Assembly (NCBI GenBank): GCA_965112735.1
Contig: OZ218952.1
Location: 4,154,001 to 4,218,000 of the forward strand
Source: Phaeosaccion multiseriatum
Lineage: Eukaryota; Protista; Ochrophyta, other classes
Length of the DNA stretch: 64,000 nt
Direction: 5' to 3'
Shown: positions 21,762 through 33,218 of the stretch, piece by piece
Layout: the number at the start of each line of letters is the position of its first letter
Numbering within the stretch: the first letter of the stretch is position 1
Position numbers and translations under genes: made by a program
The notes under the pieces: model-generated
Database searches by the model: none
What the model was told of the DNA's origin: nothing
What the model saw: only the letters and a program-made list of their open reading frames with translations

Positions 21762-24700
21762 GAAAGAAAGAGCTTTGACTCATCAGGAGGGACACTTTTG
21801 AGTTTCAGTTTCTTATCCTTTTTTTTTTTCCGCCTTCCTCCGCCTCACACATTATACCCATGCCAAAGAAGGACCATGAGGGCGAGAAGCAGCGCTGCTC
21901 CAGAGGGAGCAGAACGGCGTGCTCTGCTTTTAACTAAGCATGCGCTCGTCCTGCTCTAGTCTCAGTTCTATCTCTCTGGGAAGTGGAAAGGACGGGAAGG
22001 AGGAGGGGAATGCAGCAGAATGCCTGGGACAGCCATAAGTAGGGAAACTTCTAAGATGAAGCTCCTATGAAAGGGGGGGGGGGCACTACCAACAACAATG
22101 TCCCCCCCTGAGGTGGAGGGCCCTGCTATTCCATGAGATGAAAAGGACGAAGGTATCAAGCCGAATGTGTGGACCCGACAAGACATAGGTACGTACATGG
22201 ATACGAGTGTGAAGATTTCTTGGGTTGTAGGCAATACGCTAGGGTGTGGGGTCTATGGCGGAAGGCGTGGGGTGGGGTGGTTGGCCGGCTGCGTGTAAAG
22301 TCTTGCCTCTGCTGATGATTTGCAATTTAAAGTTTGAGAACTGATTCCTGAAATGAGGAGTAAAAACACTGCATGTGAAGCACGAGCGGACAAGGACGGA
22401 CAGGCGTGGGCCGCTTGTGGGTGCCGGACCAAACGAGAAGAGGGCAACGTCTGCCATGCAAATCTGATACTGAACATTCGCAGCTTTAACCCTGTTGTTC
22501 TCCCAACTCTCTTGTGGTGTGTTTCGCCCACTGTTTTCAGAGTCGCCGTGGACGCCTGCTGCATTTTTCCTTTGTGGAGGGGCTAAGACGCTTGGCGAGG
22601 GACAATGGGTGCCGCTCGACGACACGAACCTCGCTCCGGCAGAGGCTTTGTAGCGCCACTCTCCGACCTCCTGCTTGAGGTGAGGCACCAGACATTTGAG
22701 ATGGGGGGGGAGGAGGTGGGGTCGGAGCTGCTGCTGTCAGAGTGTTCCGTTCCTCGTTCGCTGTGTGTGTGTTTCTGTGTGTACATGTGAGTGTATGTTG
22801 GTGGAGAGATGAAGAAGGGAAGTGATGACCAACGAATCAGCTACTCCGAGAGCGGTTTAGTCGCCGCAGCCTTTTTAAAGGAATCTTGTGGACCCGTCAT
22901 TTACTAGATTGACTGATCCCTTCGTCTCGTCGATACTTTTGTGTACCTCTCGCGTGGCCCGGACGAGTGGTGTAACGCGAGCGACACAACCAAGGAACAC
23001 TCTCACCAACCCCACCCCCCCGTCCTTCCGTTCCTCCCCTACCTGTACCTTTTTTTGTTCGTTTCTGACAAAGGCGTGGTCCTCCTTGCTTGTTAGAGGT
23101 CGTTGGAGGTGTCCACTGGGCCTTCTCCGCTCCTGTCCGGGCCGCTGCAGAAGTGTGAGATGAGGACCCGCAGCGGGACTCCCAGGGCGAACCTCACTCA
23201 CGGGCTTCGTGCTTCATCCTCAGCGAGCGCTGCCGTGGAGGACAGTTTGCAGTTTGCACACGGTGGCGCGTCTCTACCTGCAAGATTACTTGGTCCACGC
23301 CACGATGCATACATTGCTCCAGGATCCAGCCAGGTACGGTACGCGTGTGACTGGGACTCGAGACTGTTTCGGAGCATTGTTCCTCCCTGTTTTGACTGCA
23401 TTGAGCTGTTCACGGCCGTGTCGGATGCTTGTTGATTTGAGATGAGGAAAAACACCCAATTTATCATAGACCTGTTCGTAATGGTTCTGCGCCTCCCGTG
23501 CTGCGGTGCTGAAAAGCATTGCGGGCGGGCAGGGTCATGCGTCCGCTTTTTGACGACAAAACATGCACCACTATCTGATCAATCAACCCCCCGCCGTCCG
23601 TCCGTTTGCACTCAATTGATGACTCTGAGGCAGCAAGTGTCAAGGGAGTGAGCGAACCAAACCTCCATCTGATGTCTCACTACCACCTTTGTCCCTGCTC
23701 TGCTGCTACTGCCCTCCGCGCCCCATCTCTCGGGCTCCGACCCTTGCTCTACCCCACCCAGCGCTGTGGTATGCCCCACTACGTTGCGCGGGACCAAGAG
23801 GAGCGGGGTCTTTCCTTTCAGGGCAAGCAGCGGCTTCCTTCCCTTTCATCACGGCGCGAGATAAATGCTTCCAGTAGGCGCCACGTTAGAGATGCGAACG
23901 CCGCAGGACAGAACAGGACAGAACAGGACAGCATCGCGAAGACAGGGTGAGTGAGGTGAGGGACTGAAGGGAATGAGGTGAGGGAGGGAGGGAGGGACGT
24001 GGTTCTGGTGCAGGTGCTGGTGCAGGTGCTGGTACCTCGCTCCCCCCTGACCTGAGCTTGATGGAGTGGTGTTTTCTGGCCGCGGCTCTGTCTCCAAGCA
24101 TGATTTGACTTGGAGTTTTCTATCTTGGTGTGTGTGAAAATGCTGGTCCAGCTAACCGCTTGTGAGCCTACGGGCACATGTCAAGCGGTCCGTTACAGTT
24201 CTCAGCTAGAGTGAATTTCGCAGTTTCTCTTTGTTGTTTAAACAAGACAAGAGAGGGCGACTCGTGAAAAGCCTTAGTTCCTGCCCCCCTTCGCTTAGGG
24301 CCCTTTTTCGCTGTAGCCTCGTTCGGCCTCTGGATGTCGGCTTGACTTGTCCCTTCCCTCTGGTATCGATTCGTTCAAGTTGGGAACACCAAAAAGGTGC
24401 CCAATGAGAGAGTTTCGAACCGCTTGGGTTGTGGCAGGGTCTTGCCTGCGCCTGGGCCATTAGAGCAATTAGCAGCAGAGGGCCTGGAGGGGCTGTGTTG
24501 GTCACGCTTCACGCCGTGGTGCAGGGGAAGGCACATGCCACATTCCATTTCTCATCAAGCGACCCCTTGTGCCATCGTCTATGTTTGCAACTACTCACAA
24601 TCGTCATTCACCCCATTCCTCCTCTTCTCCACCTCCTTCCGCCCCACACATGTGAAAAACTACCTACCTATCTACCTACCTACCTATCAAGGTTTCTGGT

Positions 24701-24989
24701 CATTGCCGAGGGCCTTTGGAGCACTGCTGCGCGGAGCGAGACTCAAGGGGCATTCGAGGCATTTGGGCAGCAACTTCGACACCACTCTTCCGCCCCGACC
24801 TCTCCTCACCACACCCATCGACATCTACTGCACCCTCGCTTCTCTACAGCTACGCAGATACACGTAACAATTAGCCATGTCATCATCAGCAGCAGCAATA
24901 GCAGGAGGAGCAGCAGCGGTAGCCTCGAACAACTATGGCGCGTTGGAAGGTTTTCTCGACGGAGATGAGAGATTGGCCAAAGAGATGCT

Positions 24990-25560
24990 TACAATTTTTT
25001 GGTACTGTTGAGCTGTACGCAAAGACCGTATCGCAAAGGGGCCTTCAACACACCCTGGAGGGTAGTGCCTGGGAGAGGGTGGACTTGCGCGCATTCACCA
25101 GGGGAGCGAGCAAGGCAGCACTTCGTCGGTCGCGTGCTCTCATTGGAGGTGAGGTCCAAGTCATGAACAGGCCGGGCCGGGGCCGAGGCAGCGAGGACGG
25201 CGTTCTCAAACCCGCGGTGCTGGCCTATTTGCAAAAGGGACCGGGTGTCGAAGCATGGGAAGACGAGCACAACCCAGAGAGGGTGGTGATGCGGGTCGGA
25301 GGGAATTAGACACACCCGGGTTGTGTTTGGCTTCCCATCCTGTCGCGGCTGGCTGGCTTGTCTGTCTGTGCACACTCTACTCTGAATGGGAGTGAGTTGG
25401 ATGATCGCATTTCCTAGCTGCAGAGCGATATACTTGGGCTGGAAGCATGGCTGGCCATGCCACTCTTTTGGGTCTGCTTCTGGACCAGGGACGGGTCTTC
25501 TGTGTCTATTCTTCTCGCCGTGTGAGTAGAACGCTGATGGTGAAGCTGTGGTGTCTGCAG
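24990..25560 (+). pseudogene. Orphan, degenerate 3' fragment of a PPR-Smr gene (Smr domain + 3' flank)
   Basis: ELYAKTVSQRGLQH..VDLRAFTRGASKAALRR..GRGRGSEDGVLKPAVLAYLQ..WEDEHNPERVVMRVGGN* aligns to the C-terminus of 54376-56283. Downstream acacacccgggttgtgtttggcttcccatcctgtcgcggctgg is the reverse complement of 54333-54375. No PPR repeats upstream. Confidence 0.85.
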
Positions 25561-26144
25561 CTCCTACCGGACGCCCAAGAATGTCTGTCGAGGGGGGCTA
25601 GGTTTTTTTTCTGCTCGGAGGGAGGGAGGCTTCGGCAGATGAGTTGGGCGTCGAGTGCGGCGCGGTTGGTGTGGGTAGGTGTATCAACGCGCTGCGGGAG
25701 GGCGTGATGTGACTAAGTAATCATGAATGCATCTATCGCTTCAATTCGCTTGCCCTTCTCGAACTTGGCAGGGCAGAGCCCCCACCCACTCCAGCTGTAA
25801 ATAGGACTCGTTCATTATACACCAGACGAAGCAGGCGTAGACTAAGCGCTGCATGAACTACGACACACGAGCGAGAGGGACCTCACTTATATGTGTGGGT
25901 GAGTACCAGAGGCGTTGTCGCCAAGTCGGATGGCACTCGAAGGCTCGTCCTTCATCCTCCATGGCTGGGGCATGAGGGCTTGTGCGAGAGCTGTTTGCGT
26001 CATTCGGCGGCGATTGGCCGTGGCGCTCCAGCGGGGCCGACACGATCGATCGATTCGACACAGGGTCCTGGTCAATTCGATGAGGAGGGATATGAGATAT
26101 GAGTTGGGTGGGTGTACAAGTAAGTCTCTTCCACATGCCAGTCA

Positions 26145-26322
26145 CTCGCCATTTGTGAGTCCCTCCTACTTTTGCTCCTCCTCGCTCGCTCCTCCTTTCA
26201 TCTTCCTCTCCTCCACTCTCCCTTCTTCTCCCACTGCTTGCCAACCCCAACCCTCTTCTCTCCTCCTCCTCCTCCTCCTCCTCCTCCTCCTCCTCCTCCT
26301 CCCTGCCGAGGGCGCAGCCCGA
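26145..26322 (+). repeat. Local direct duplication of sequence upstream of PPR-Smr A (second copy ~26900-27053)
   Basis: cactcgccat(t/c)tgtgagtccctcctacttttgctcctcct...ccctgccgagggcgcagccc occurs at both positions. Confidence 0.85.
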
Positions 26323-27111
26323 AGCATACACTTTGTTGTAGATAGACCTATATAAGATTTCTTTTACCCGTACGCCTCCAAATGTGCCAAAATGCTGCAC
26401 GCTCAGCGCTCTAATCATATGCCTCTACGGTTTTCCTCCGGAACGGCTCCCCACTGCCTTTTCCTGTAGTACAGGCTCCCCGGTACCTCGTCCAGCACGC
26501 TGGGCGCCCCCTTCGTGCGGGAAAATCCGCTTGAAGATGACTTTTCACCCGCTTGCACTTTCTGGCCAGCACACACGCTGTGCCTATTTTTTTTTTTGTA
26601 AGCTTCTCTGTCACGCCCATCAATTCTCTTCGTCTGTCTTCTCTCCTACAGCCACCTCTTCTCCTTCCCCTCTTCTATCTTCTCTCCTGCAGACTTCGAG
26701 TCTTTCGCCTTCCCACCCATTTCCTCCACGCGGCAGCCGATTTCCCGCATGGATTACCTGCAGGCCCACCCGCTCAAGTCCGGAGACGCATCGCAGCCAG
26801 ACCGTTATCTGGAGACGCATCGCAGCCAGACTAACCTCCTCCTCCTCCTCCTCCTCCTCCTCCTCCTCCTCCTCCTTGTCCTCCTCCTCCCACATCCTGC
26901 ACTCGCCATCTGTGAGTCCCTCCTACTTTTGCTCCTCCTGGCTGCGCGCCTCCCTTCCCTCTTTCACCTTCCTATCCTCCACTCTCCCTTCTCCCACTTC
27001 TTGCCAACTCCAACCCTCTTCTCTCCTCCTCCTCCCTGCCGAGGGCGCAGCCCTAAGCACCACCTTGTAATATATAATCCTCCTCTGCGAATCGTGAGGG
27101 CGATCATCATC

Positions 27112-29025
27112 ATGCTGATGATGCGAGTGATGTCGTTGAGGAGGGTGGTCAGGACCTGCATTGGCAGGAGGGCAAGACCGTCAAGAAGCACCGCGGCGCA
27201 ACGTAGGGTAGAGACTGCGCTTTCCCTTCCACAATGCCCACAATGGTCCTGCTACTCGAATGGGGGACGGCGGGGGGGTGACAAGGCGAGGCAGAAGCAG
27301 CTCATGAGGGAGATCCAAGCTCTGGGTGCAAGCAAGGACTGGAAGAGGGTCGCGCCTACTCTGGAACGCGCACGACGAGAGGGCCTGCAGCCCAATCTGT
27401 ACTGTCTCAATGCTGCCATATCCGCGATTGGGAAGTGCGGGCGGTGGAAGGGCGCTTTGAAACTTCTGGAAGAGATGAAGAAGAAGGGCATTGAGCCGAC
27501 TGTGGTCAGCTATAACTCAGTCATTACCGCTTGTGCCAATGGCAAGAACCACGTGGAGGCCTTGCGACTGCTCAGGAATATGAAGGCGGTAGGACTCAAG
27601 CCAGATGTTATCAGCTTCAATACCACCATTACTGCGTGTGCCAACGACAACAACGAAGTTGAGGCCCTGAAGCTCTTCAATGAGATGAGGGCGGTAGGAA
27701 TCGCTCCTAACGAGAGGACCTATAACACTATCATTACGGCGTGTGGCAGAGCTGGCGAAAGTACACAGGCCCTGAAGCTCTTCAAGGAGATGAAGGCGGT
27801 AGGACTCAATCCTGATGTGATCAGCTTTAGTGCAGCCATCACTGCATGTGGCAATGACAACAATCACGTGGAGGCCCTGAAGCTCTTCGAGGAGATGAAG
27901 GAGGCAGGACTCAGGCCAAATGTGATCAGCTACAGTGCAGCCATTACTGCATGTGGCAACGGCAACAACCACGTGGAGGCCCTGAAGCTCTTCAAGGAGA
28001 TGAAGGCGGTAGGACTGAAGCCTGATGTGATCAGCTACAGTGCAGCCATCACTGCATGTGGCAACAACAACAACCATGTGGAGGCGTTGAAGCTCCTGAG
28101 AGAGATGAAGGCGGTAGGACTCAAGCCTGATGTGATCAGCTTTAATGCTGCAATCACTGCATGTGGCAACGACAACAACCATGTGGAGGCCCTGAAGCTC
28201 TTCAAGGAGATGAGGGGGGTAGGACTCAACCCGGATGTGATCAGCTTCAATGCAGCCATCACTGCATGTGGCAAGGACAACAACCACGTGGAGGCCCTGA
28301 AGCTGCTCAGGGAGATGAATGAGGTAGGAATCAAGCCGGATGTGATCAGCTACAGTGCAGCCATTACGGCATGTGGCAACGAAAATAACCACATGGAGGC
28401 CCTGAAGCTGCTCAAGGAGATGAGGGGGGTTGGACTCAAACCAAATGTGATCAGCTTCAATGCAGCCATCACTGCATGCGGCAACGACAACAACCGCGTG
28501 GAGGCCCTGAAGCTGTTGAATGAGATGAAGGCGGTAGGGCTCAATCCTGATGTGATCAGCTACAGTGCAGCCATCACTGCGTGTGGCAACACGAATAACC
28601 ACGTGGAGGCCCTGAAGCTGTTGAATGAGATGAAAGCGGTAGGACTCAAGCCAGGTGTGATCAGCTACAGCTCAACCATTGATGCTCTGCAGGACGGTGG
28701 CGACGAGGAGGCTGCTGACGAAGTGTACGCAGGGGCCGTGTCGCAAGGGGTCTTCAGACACTGGAACAAACCGGGGCAGGAGATGGACTTGCACGACTTC
28801 ACCCAGGGAGTGAGCAAGGCAGCGCTTCGTCACGTGCTCTCAGTGGAGAAGGTGGAGGGTGAGATCCAAGTCATCACAAGCCGGGGCCGAGGCAGCGAGG
28901 ACGGCGTCAGCGTTCTCAAGCCCGTGGTGCTGGCCCATTTGCAAGAGAGGCCTGGCGTCGAAGTATGGGAAGATGAGCGCAACCCGGGGATGGTGGTGAT
29001 GCGGCTCGGTGGTAGTGCGAGGTAG
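27112..29025 (+). CDS. Intronless P-type pentatricopeptide repeat protein with C-terminal Smr domain (PPR-Smr A), probably mitochondrial
   Basis: About 14 tandem 35-aa motifs (VISY/F-N/S-AAITACGN..EALKL..EMK..GL.PD/N); Smr motifs MDLH and VITSRGRGS..LKP; Arg-rich presequence-like MLMMRVMSLRRVVRTCIGRRAR. Start placed at ATG 27112 because homology to paralog B begins just upstream. Confidence 0.93.
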   Translation: MLMMRVMSLRRVVRTCIGRRARPSRSTAAQRRVETALSLPQCPQWSCYSNGGRRGGDKARQKQLMREIQALGASKDWKRVAPTLERARREGLQPNLYCLNAAISAIGKCGRWKGALKLLEEMKKKGIEPTVVSYNSVITACANGKNHVEALRLLRNMKAVGLKPDVISFNTTITACANDNNEVEALKLFNEMRAVGIAPNERTYNTIITACGRAGESTQALKLFKEMKAVGLNPDVISFSAAITACGNDNNHVEALKLFEEMKEAGLRPNVISYSAAITACGNGNNHVEALKLFKEMKAVGLKPDVISYSAAITACGNNNNHVEALKLLREMKAVGLKPDVISFNAAITACGNDNNHVEALKLFKEMRGVGLNPDVISFNAAITACGKDNNHVEALKLLREMNEVGIKPDVISYSAAITACGNENNHMEALKLLKEMRGVGLKPNVISFNAAITACGNDNNRVEALKLLNEMKAVGLNPDVISYSAAITACGNTNNHVEALKLLNEMKAVGLKPGVISYSSTIDALQDGGDEEAADEVYAGAVSQGVFRHWNKPGQEMDLHDFTQGVSKAALRHVLSVEKVEGEIQVITSRGRGSEDGVSVLKPVVLAHLQERPGVEVWEDERNPGMVVMRLGGSAR

Positions 29026-29668
29026 TTAGACTGGACAAGACGGCAGGGCGTCAAAGGGCCGGGGAAGGTCTCAACCAGGGTTTGATTCACGCCCTTATTT
29101 GTTTTTTCTTTTATTTACACGCTTTGCTCGCAGGCAAGTGAGTAATATATGGAGACCAAAGGCTCTTTGAACTCTAAGACCTTGTTGGCGCCCGATGCCC
29201 AAGTCGACCCCACCGCAGAGGCTGGGACATCTGAGACATGGCTTGCGGCCCAAGACCCCCCCCCAAACAACAGAATCGTCTACTCTCCGTACCCCGTCCC
29301 ATACCAACTCTATCCGCAACAACAACAACCAACCAGCCAACCAACCTCGCACGTGATCTGTCTCGCAAACACCCCTCTGTGCTGCAGCACATACACACAC
29401 ATATATATGTAAACACATATATACATACACATGTCTCTGCTTTTCAAACACAACTTGAACCCCTCTCCCGCAAAACTGCTTATGAACAGTGTAAAAAGCG
29501 TTTTCTCCACTCCCGTCCTTGGCTCCACTTCCCCTCCCCCCTCCCCCCCCACCTCCCCTCCGCCTGCCTCACGGCCGACGTTACATGGCTATGGCCGTAG
29601 CTGTGTGACTGTGTGGCATGAGCTTCGGCAGCCAGACATGCTACCAAGCCCCATGCAGCAGAGCTAAG

Positions 29669-32600
29669 CTATACCAGCTCCCAGCAGTGCACACGCATCG
29701 GGCCTCTTCTCCTGTTGACCTTGCCCTCCGCCAACAACTTGCAGAGGTTCTGCTCCACGTTGTAGTGTGCCGTCAAGAACAGGGGAGGCGCCAGATACCC
29801 ATACACCTGCCATGTGATCTGCACCGAGGACAGCAGCGGGACGGGCTTGACCCCTTCGCCATCCCGTACCACGTGATTTAATTCATCCTCGACGAGGGGG
29901 CGGCCTCCCATCGCTTCCATGATCTGCCCCTCCCTTTGCGAACGGTGGGTAAGATACTCCTCCACCTGAGTGGAGTGGAGTGGAGTGGAGTGGAATGGAA
30001 GGACGCAGGGGCAGGCGGAGGTAAGCAAGCAAGGAAGAAGGGGCCACCAAAATAGACACTTTTGGTGAGAAAAGCAAAAAGAAACCCCCCCTTCCCCCCG
30101 TTCTCGTACCTGCAATAGCGGGTCATACACCACGGGCCCATGCCCCGGATAGAGCGCTTTCAATCCCTCGGGCCCTCCACACAGCTCCTTCACCTTCCTG
30201 AGGGAGGCAATGTAGTCGGCGTAGTGCTCGAAGCAAGAGCTGCCGCAGCCCAGAATGAGGTCGCCGCAAAGGAGTGCCTGTAGGGTAGAAAGGCGCAGGG
30301 CAGGGTGGAGGTGTATGGGCAGAGCAGGGCAGGGTGGAGGTGTGTGGGCAGAGCAGGGTAGGGCAGAGGTGTATGGGCAGGGCGGGGCGGGGAGTATGGG
30401 CAGGGCAGGGCAGGGCAGAGGCATATGAGCAGAGCAGGGCAGGGCAGGGTGGAGGGCGAGGCAGAGTGAATGGTGCAGGTAGTGTCAGTCGGTGGTGTTA
30501 TTGGCATGTGCAAGGAAAGCCAGTGTGCTTTGGGGAGGGGTGCATTTCGTGCGTGCGTGCGTCTACCTTGGCATTAAATCAACCATTTGGCTGCACATTC
30601 CTCTCTCTCTTCTTCATGGGCTCCACCCTCCTCCCCGACCATGTCCTCTCCTCCCCTCCCCTTCCTCTTCCTCCTCTCTTCCTCCCGCCTCCACCACCCT
30701 CACGCCACCCAAGCAGCCTCCTAACTAACTCACCCTGTCGTCCACCAGAAGGAAGCAGCAGTGATCAGAAGTGTGGCCGGGAGTAAAGATAGCCTTGAGT
30801 GTGCACCCTTCGCACTCGAATTCCTGCCCGTTTGTTATGGGTGTAAAGTCGTAGGGCTCCTCGCGATTGGAGTCAGCCTGGGATGGACAGCAGAGAAGGG
30901 GGGGGGGGGTATGGGGGTGAGGGGGGAGGGAGAGAGCGTGAAGGGAAGACAGACAGATGGACAGACACACACACAGAGAGAGAGGTAAAAGGGGGGATGG
31001 TGGGAGGGATAGAAGAGAGCGAGAAATGGCGCCAAGGAAAATGGATGTAGGAAGGGAAGGTTAACTCTCATGGTGGGGCTGTGAGGAAGGCGAAGACACG
31101 AGGATGGAATGGAGGGGAAGGGCAGTTATGGAAGCGGCTGGACCCGCCAACGTGCGCTATTTACTTCTCTTCTCCAACCACCCAAACCCCCTTTTTCTCA
31201 TCACTCACCTCGCCACGAACGAACTCACCCACCCCTCACCCACCCACCCACTCACTCACCTACCCACCCACACACTCACTCCCTCACTCCCCTCCCTCAC
31301 TTACAAACTCACTCAACTCACCCTGCAGTTCATGTAGTCATTCACTCCCCTACCCACCCACCCACCCACCCACCCACCCACCCACCTTCTTGAAAATAGG
31401 GATGTCTGGGAAGAGTGAGAGGATGTGTTGGATGCCTCCCGTGTGATCGAAGTGGTGGTGGGACAGCACAATTGCACGTATTTCCCTGCACCCCACCTCC
31501 TTCATCACGTCGAACAGCAGCCTCGCATAATCTGTGCGGTCATCGAGACGACCGAGGGAGGGAGGGAGGGAGGGAGGGAGGGAGGGAGGGAGGGAGGGAG
31601 GGAGGGAGGGAGGGAGGGAGGGATGGACGGGAGGGCGAGAGAGGGAGGGAGGGGTGCGAGCATTAGGGGTTTGTGCTGCCGGTCACACATAGACGCCTAG
31701 TGAGGGACTCCTCCTCCTCCCCCTCCTCCTCCTCCTCCTCCTCCTCCTCCTCCTCCTCCTCACCTCTCTTCCCCTCTCCGGTGTCCACTAGGATGCGAGT
31801 GTGCCCCTGCCCCACCAGATAGGTGTTCGTGCCCGTCAGAGTGTGAAGGCCTGGGTTCAAGCCTTGAGGAAGCAGGAGCAGAGCCGAGTGCAGGCAATAC
31901 AAAGCGCAAGGGAAGGTAGGTGAGACAGTGGGGGTGGGTGGGACAATGGCGGTACAGTGCCGTGTGTATAGGTGGGTAGATTGGGATAAGAGGCGGCAGG
32001 GAAAGATGCTTGTAGGGAGTATGACCGATGACCGGGAGACTTGATGGGTAGGGAGGGGGGGGGTAGTGTGGGACATAGAAGGGGGATCAACAGAAGGGCT
32101 CGGCTCTGTCGCACTGAGTGGGAGGTGGGTGCGTGAGCGGGGCTCTCTCCCCGAGAGAAAAAAACACGGGTCAACAGCAGCAAGCAGGCGCAAGCAGCAG
32201 AGTCGACACCCGTCCTTTCTATACTCCGTCTTACCGAGGAGCCTGACACAGTTCTGGCCGAGTCTCTCCCACCGCTCCACTGCGCGGACGATTGGGTCAG
32301 CAGGGGATGATGTTATGGAGCCAGTACATGTAGTGGGTCAGTGCGTGAGGGGGAGTGAGTGAGTTGAGTAAAAGTGCGAAGAAAAAGAACTTAAAAAATG
32401 TGTCCGGCAATATAGGGCTAGAGGAAAGAAGAAAGGTGGAGTGGTAAAAGGAAAGGGACGTGGGGAGGGAGTCCGTAATCAAAACAAAAAGTTAAAGCCA
32501 CTTCACTTTTTACGCTCTTCACCTGTCGGCATCCCTGGTGGGGGCTTTCCCCGATCGAAGCGCTTCAGGAATCGATGCCAGGTCGAATCCGTCCTCAGCT

Positions 32601-32778
32601 TCCTTCCTAAGTAAGAGAGGGCTGCACTGATGACTGCGAATAGGCCCAGCAAAGTACATGACCACATCTCGTTCTTAGTGAAGGGCTCCTCCGGGTCCTG
32701 CGGGTCCAGGGGCTCCTTCTCAGCTTGGGCTTCGACGCGCCGGCGTAACCCCCTGCGTTCCGTCCTGTGTTCACTCAT
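29669..32778 (-). CDS. LACTB2: LACTB2-like metallo-beta-lactamase-fold endoribonuclease with N-terminal hydrophobic segment
   Basis: Spliced motifs GLNPGLHTLTGTNTYLVG..ILVDTGEG, SHHHFDHTGG (HxHxDH), TPGHTSDHCCF, LLCGDLILGCGSS, LYPGHGP, EYLTHRSQREGQI and a winged-helix tail. First exon 32778-~32523 splices in phase (MPT-V-ERWERLG). Confidence 0.85.
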
Positions 32779-33218
32779 GCCTCTACACTGCGCATCCGAT
32801 GGGGACCACCTTCTGGGAAGAGGGGAAGGGGCAGCAGCAGCAGCAGCAGCAGGGAAGGTGGGGGATGCCAGAGTCGCAGAGGGGGGGGCAGTACAAAAAG
32901 TGAGGTCAGCAAGAAGGAGCAGAGGCAGCAAGAGGGCCAAGAGAGAGAGGCGGATGAGAAGGAGGCAGCGTTGACAGATGAGCAGGGAGCTACCGTGCAG
33001 AAGAAGGACAGGGACACATTGCGTAAGAGAGACAGAGGAACAGCAGTACCGTGCCTTAGAGAGGAAGAGGAAGCCAGACCAGAGAGGCAGGTGGTAAGGA
33101 AGGGTAAGGACGTTAGGACAGGAAATCGGTTGAAATCAAGTATTAAGTCAGCGATTTCTCTGCCCGGCCGATGCCGGCCGCCCCCCCCCTTCCCACACAG
33201 GAGGAGAAGTGAGTTGCA

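Noticed and set aside
26749-27111. 121-aa N-terminal extension of the 758-aa PPR ORF
   Set aside because: Derived from (CCT)n and locally duplicated non-coding sequence, and absent from paralog B.
27517-28602. 361-aa antisense ORF with periodic His/Leu (also 54565-55878)
   Set aside because: Reverse-frame shadow of the PPR arrays.
29149-29412. 87-aa ORF downstream of PPR-Smr A
   Set aside because: No recognisable motif or splice support; lies in the convergent 3' region.
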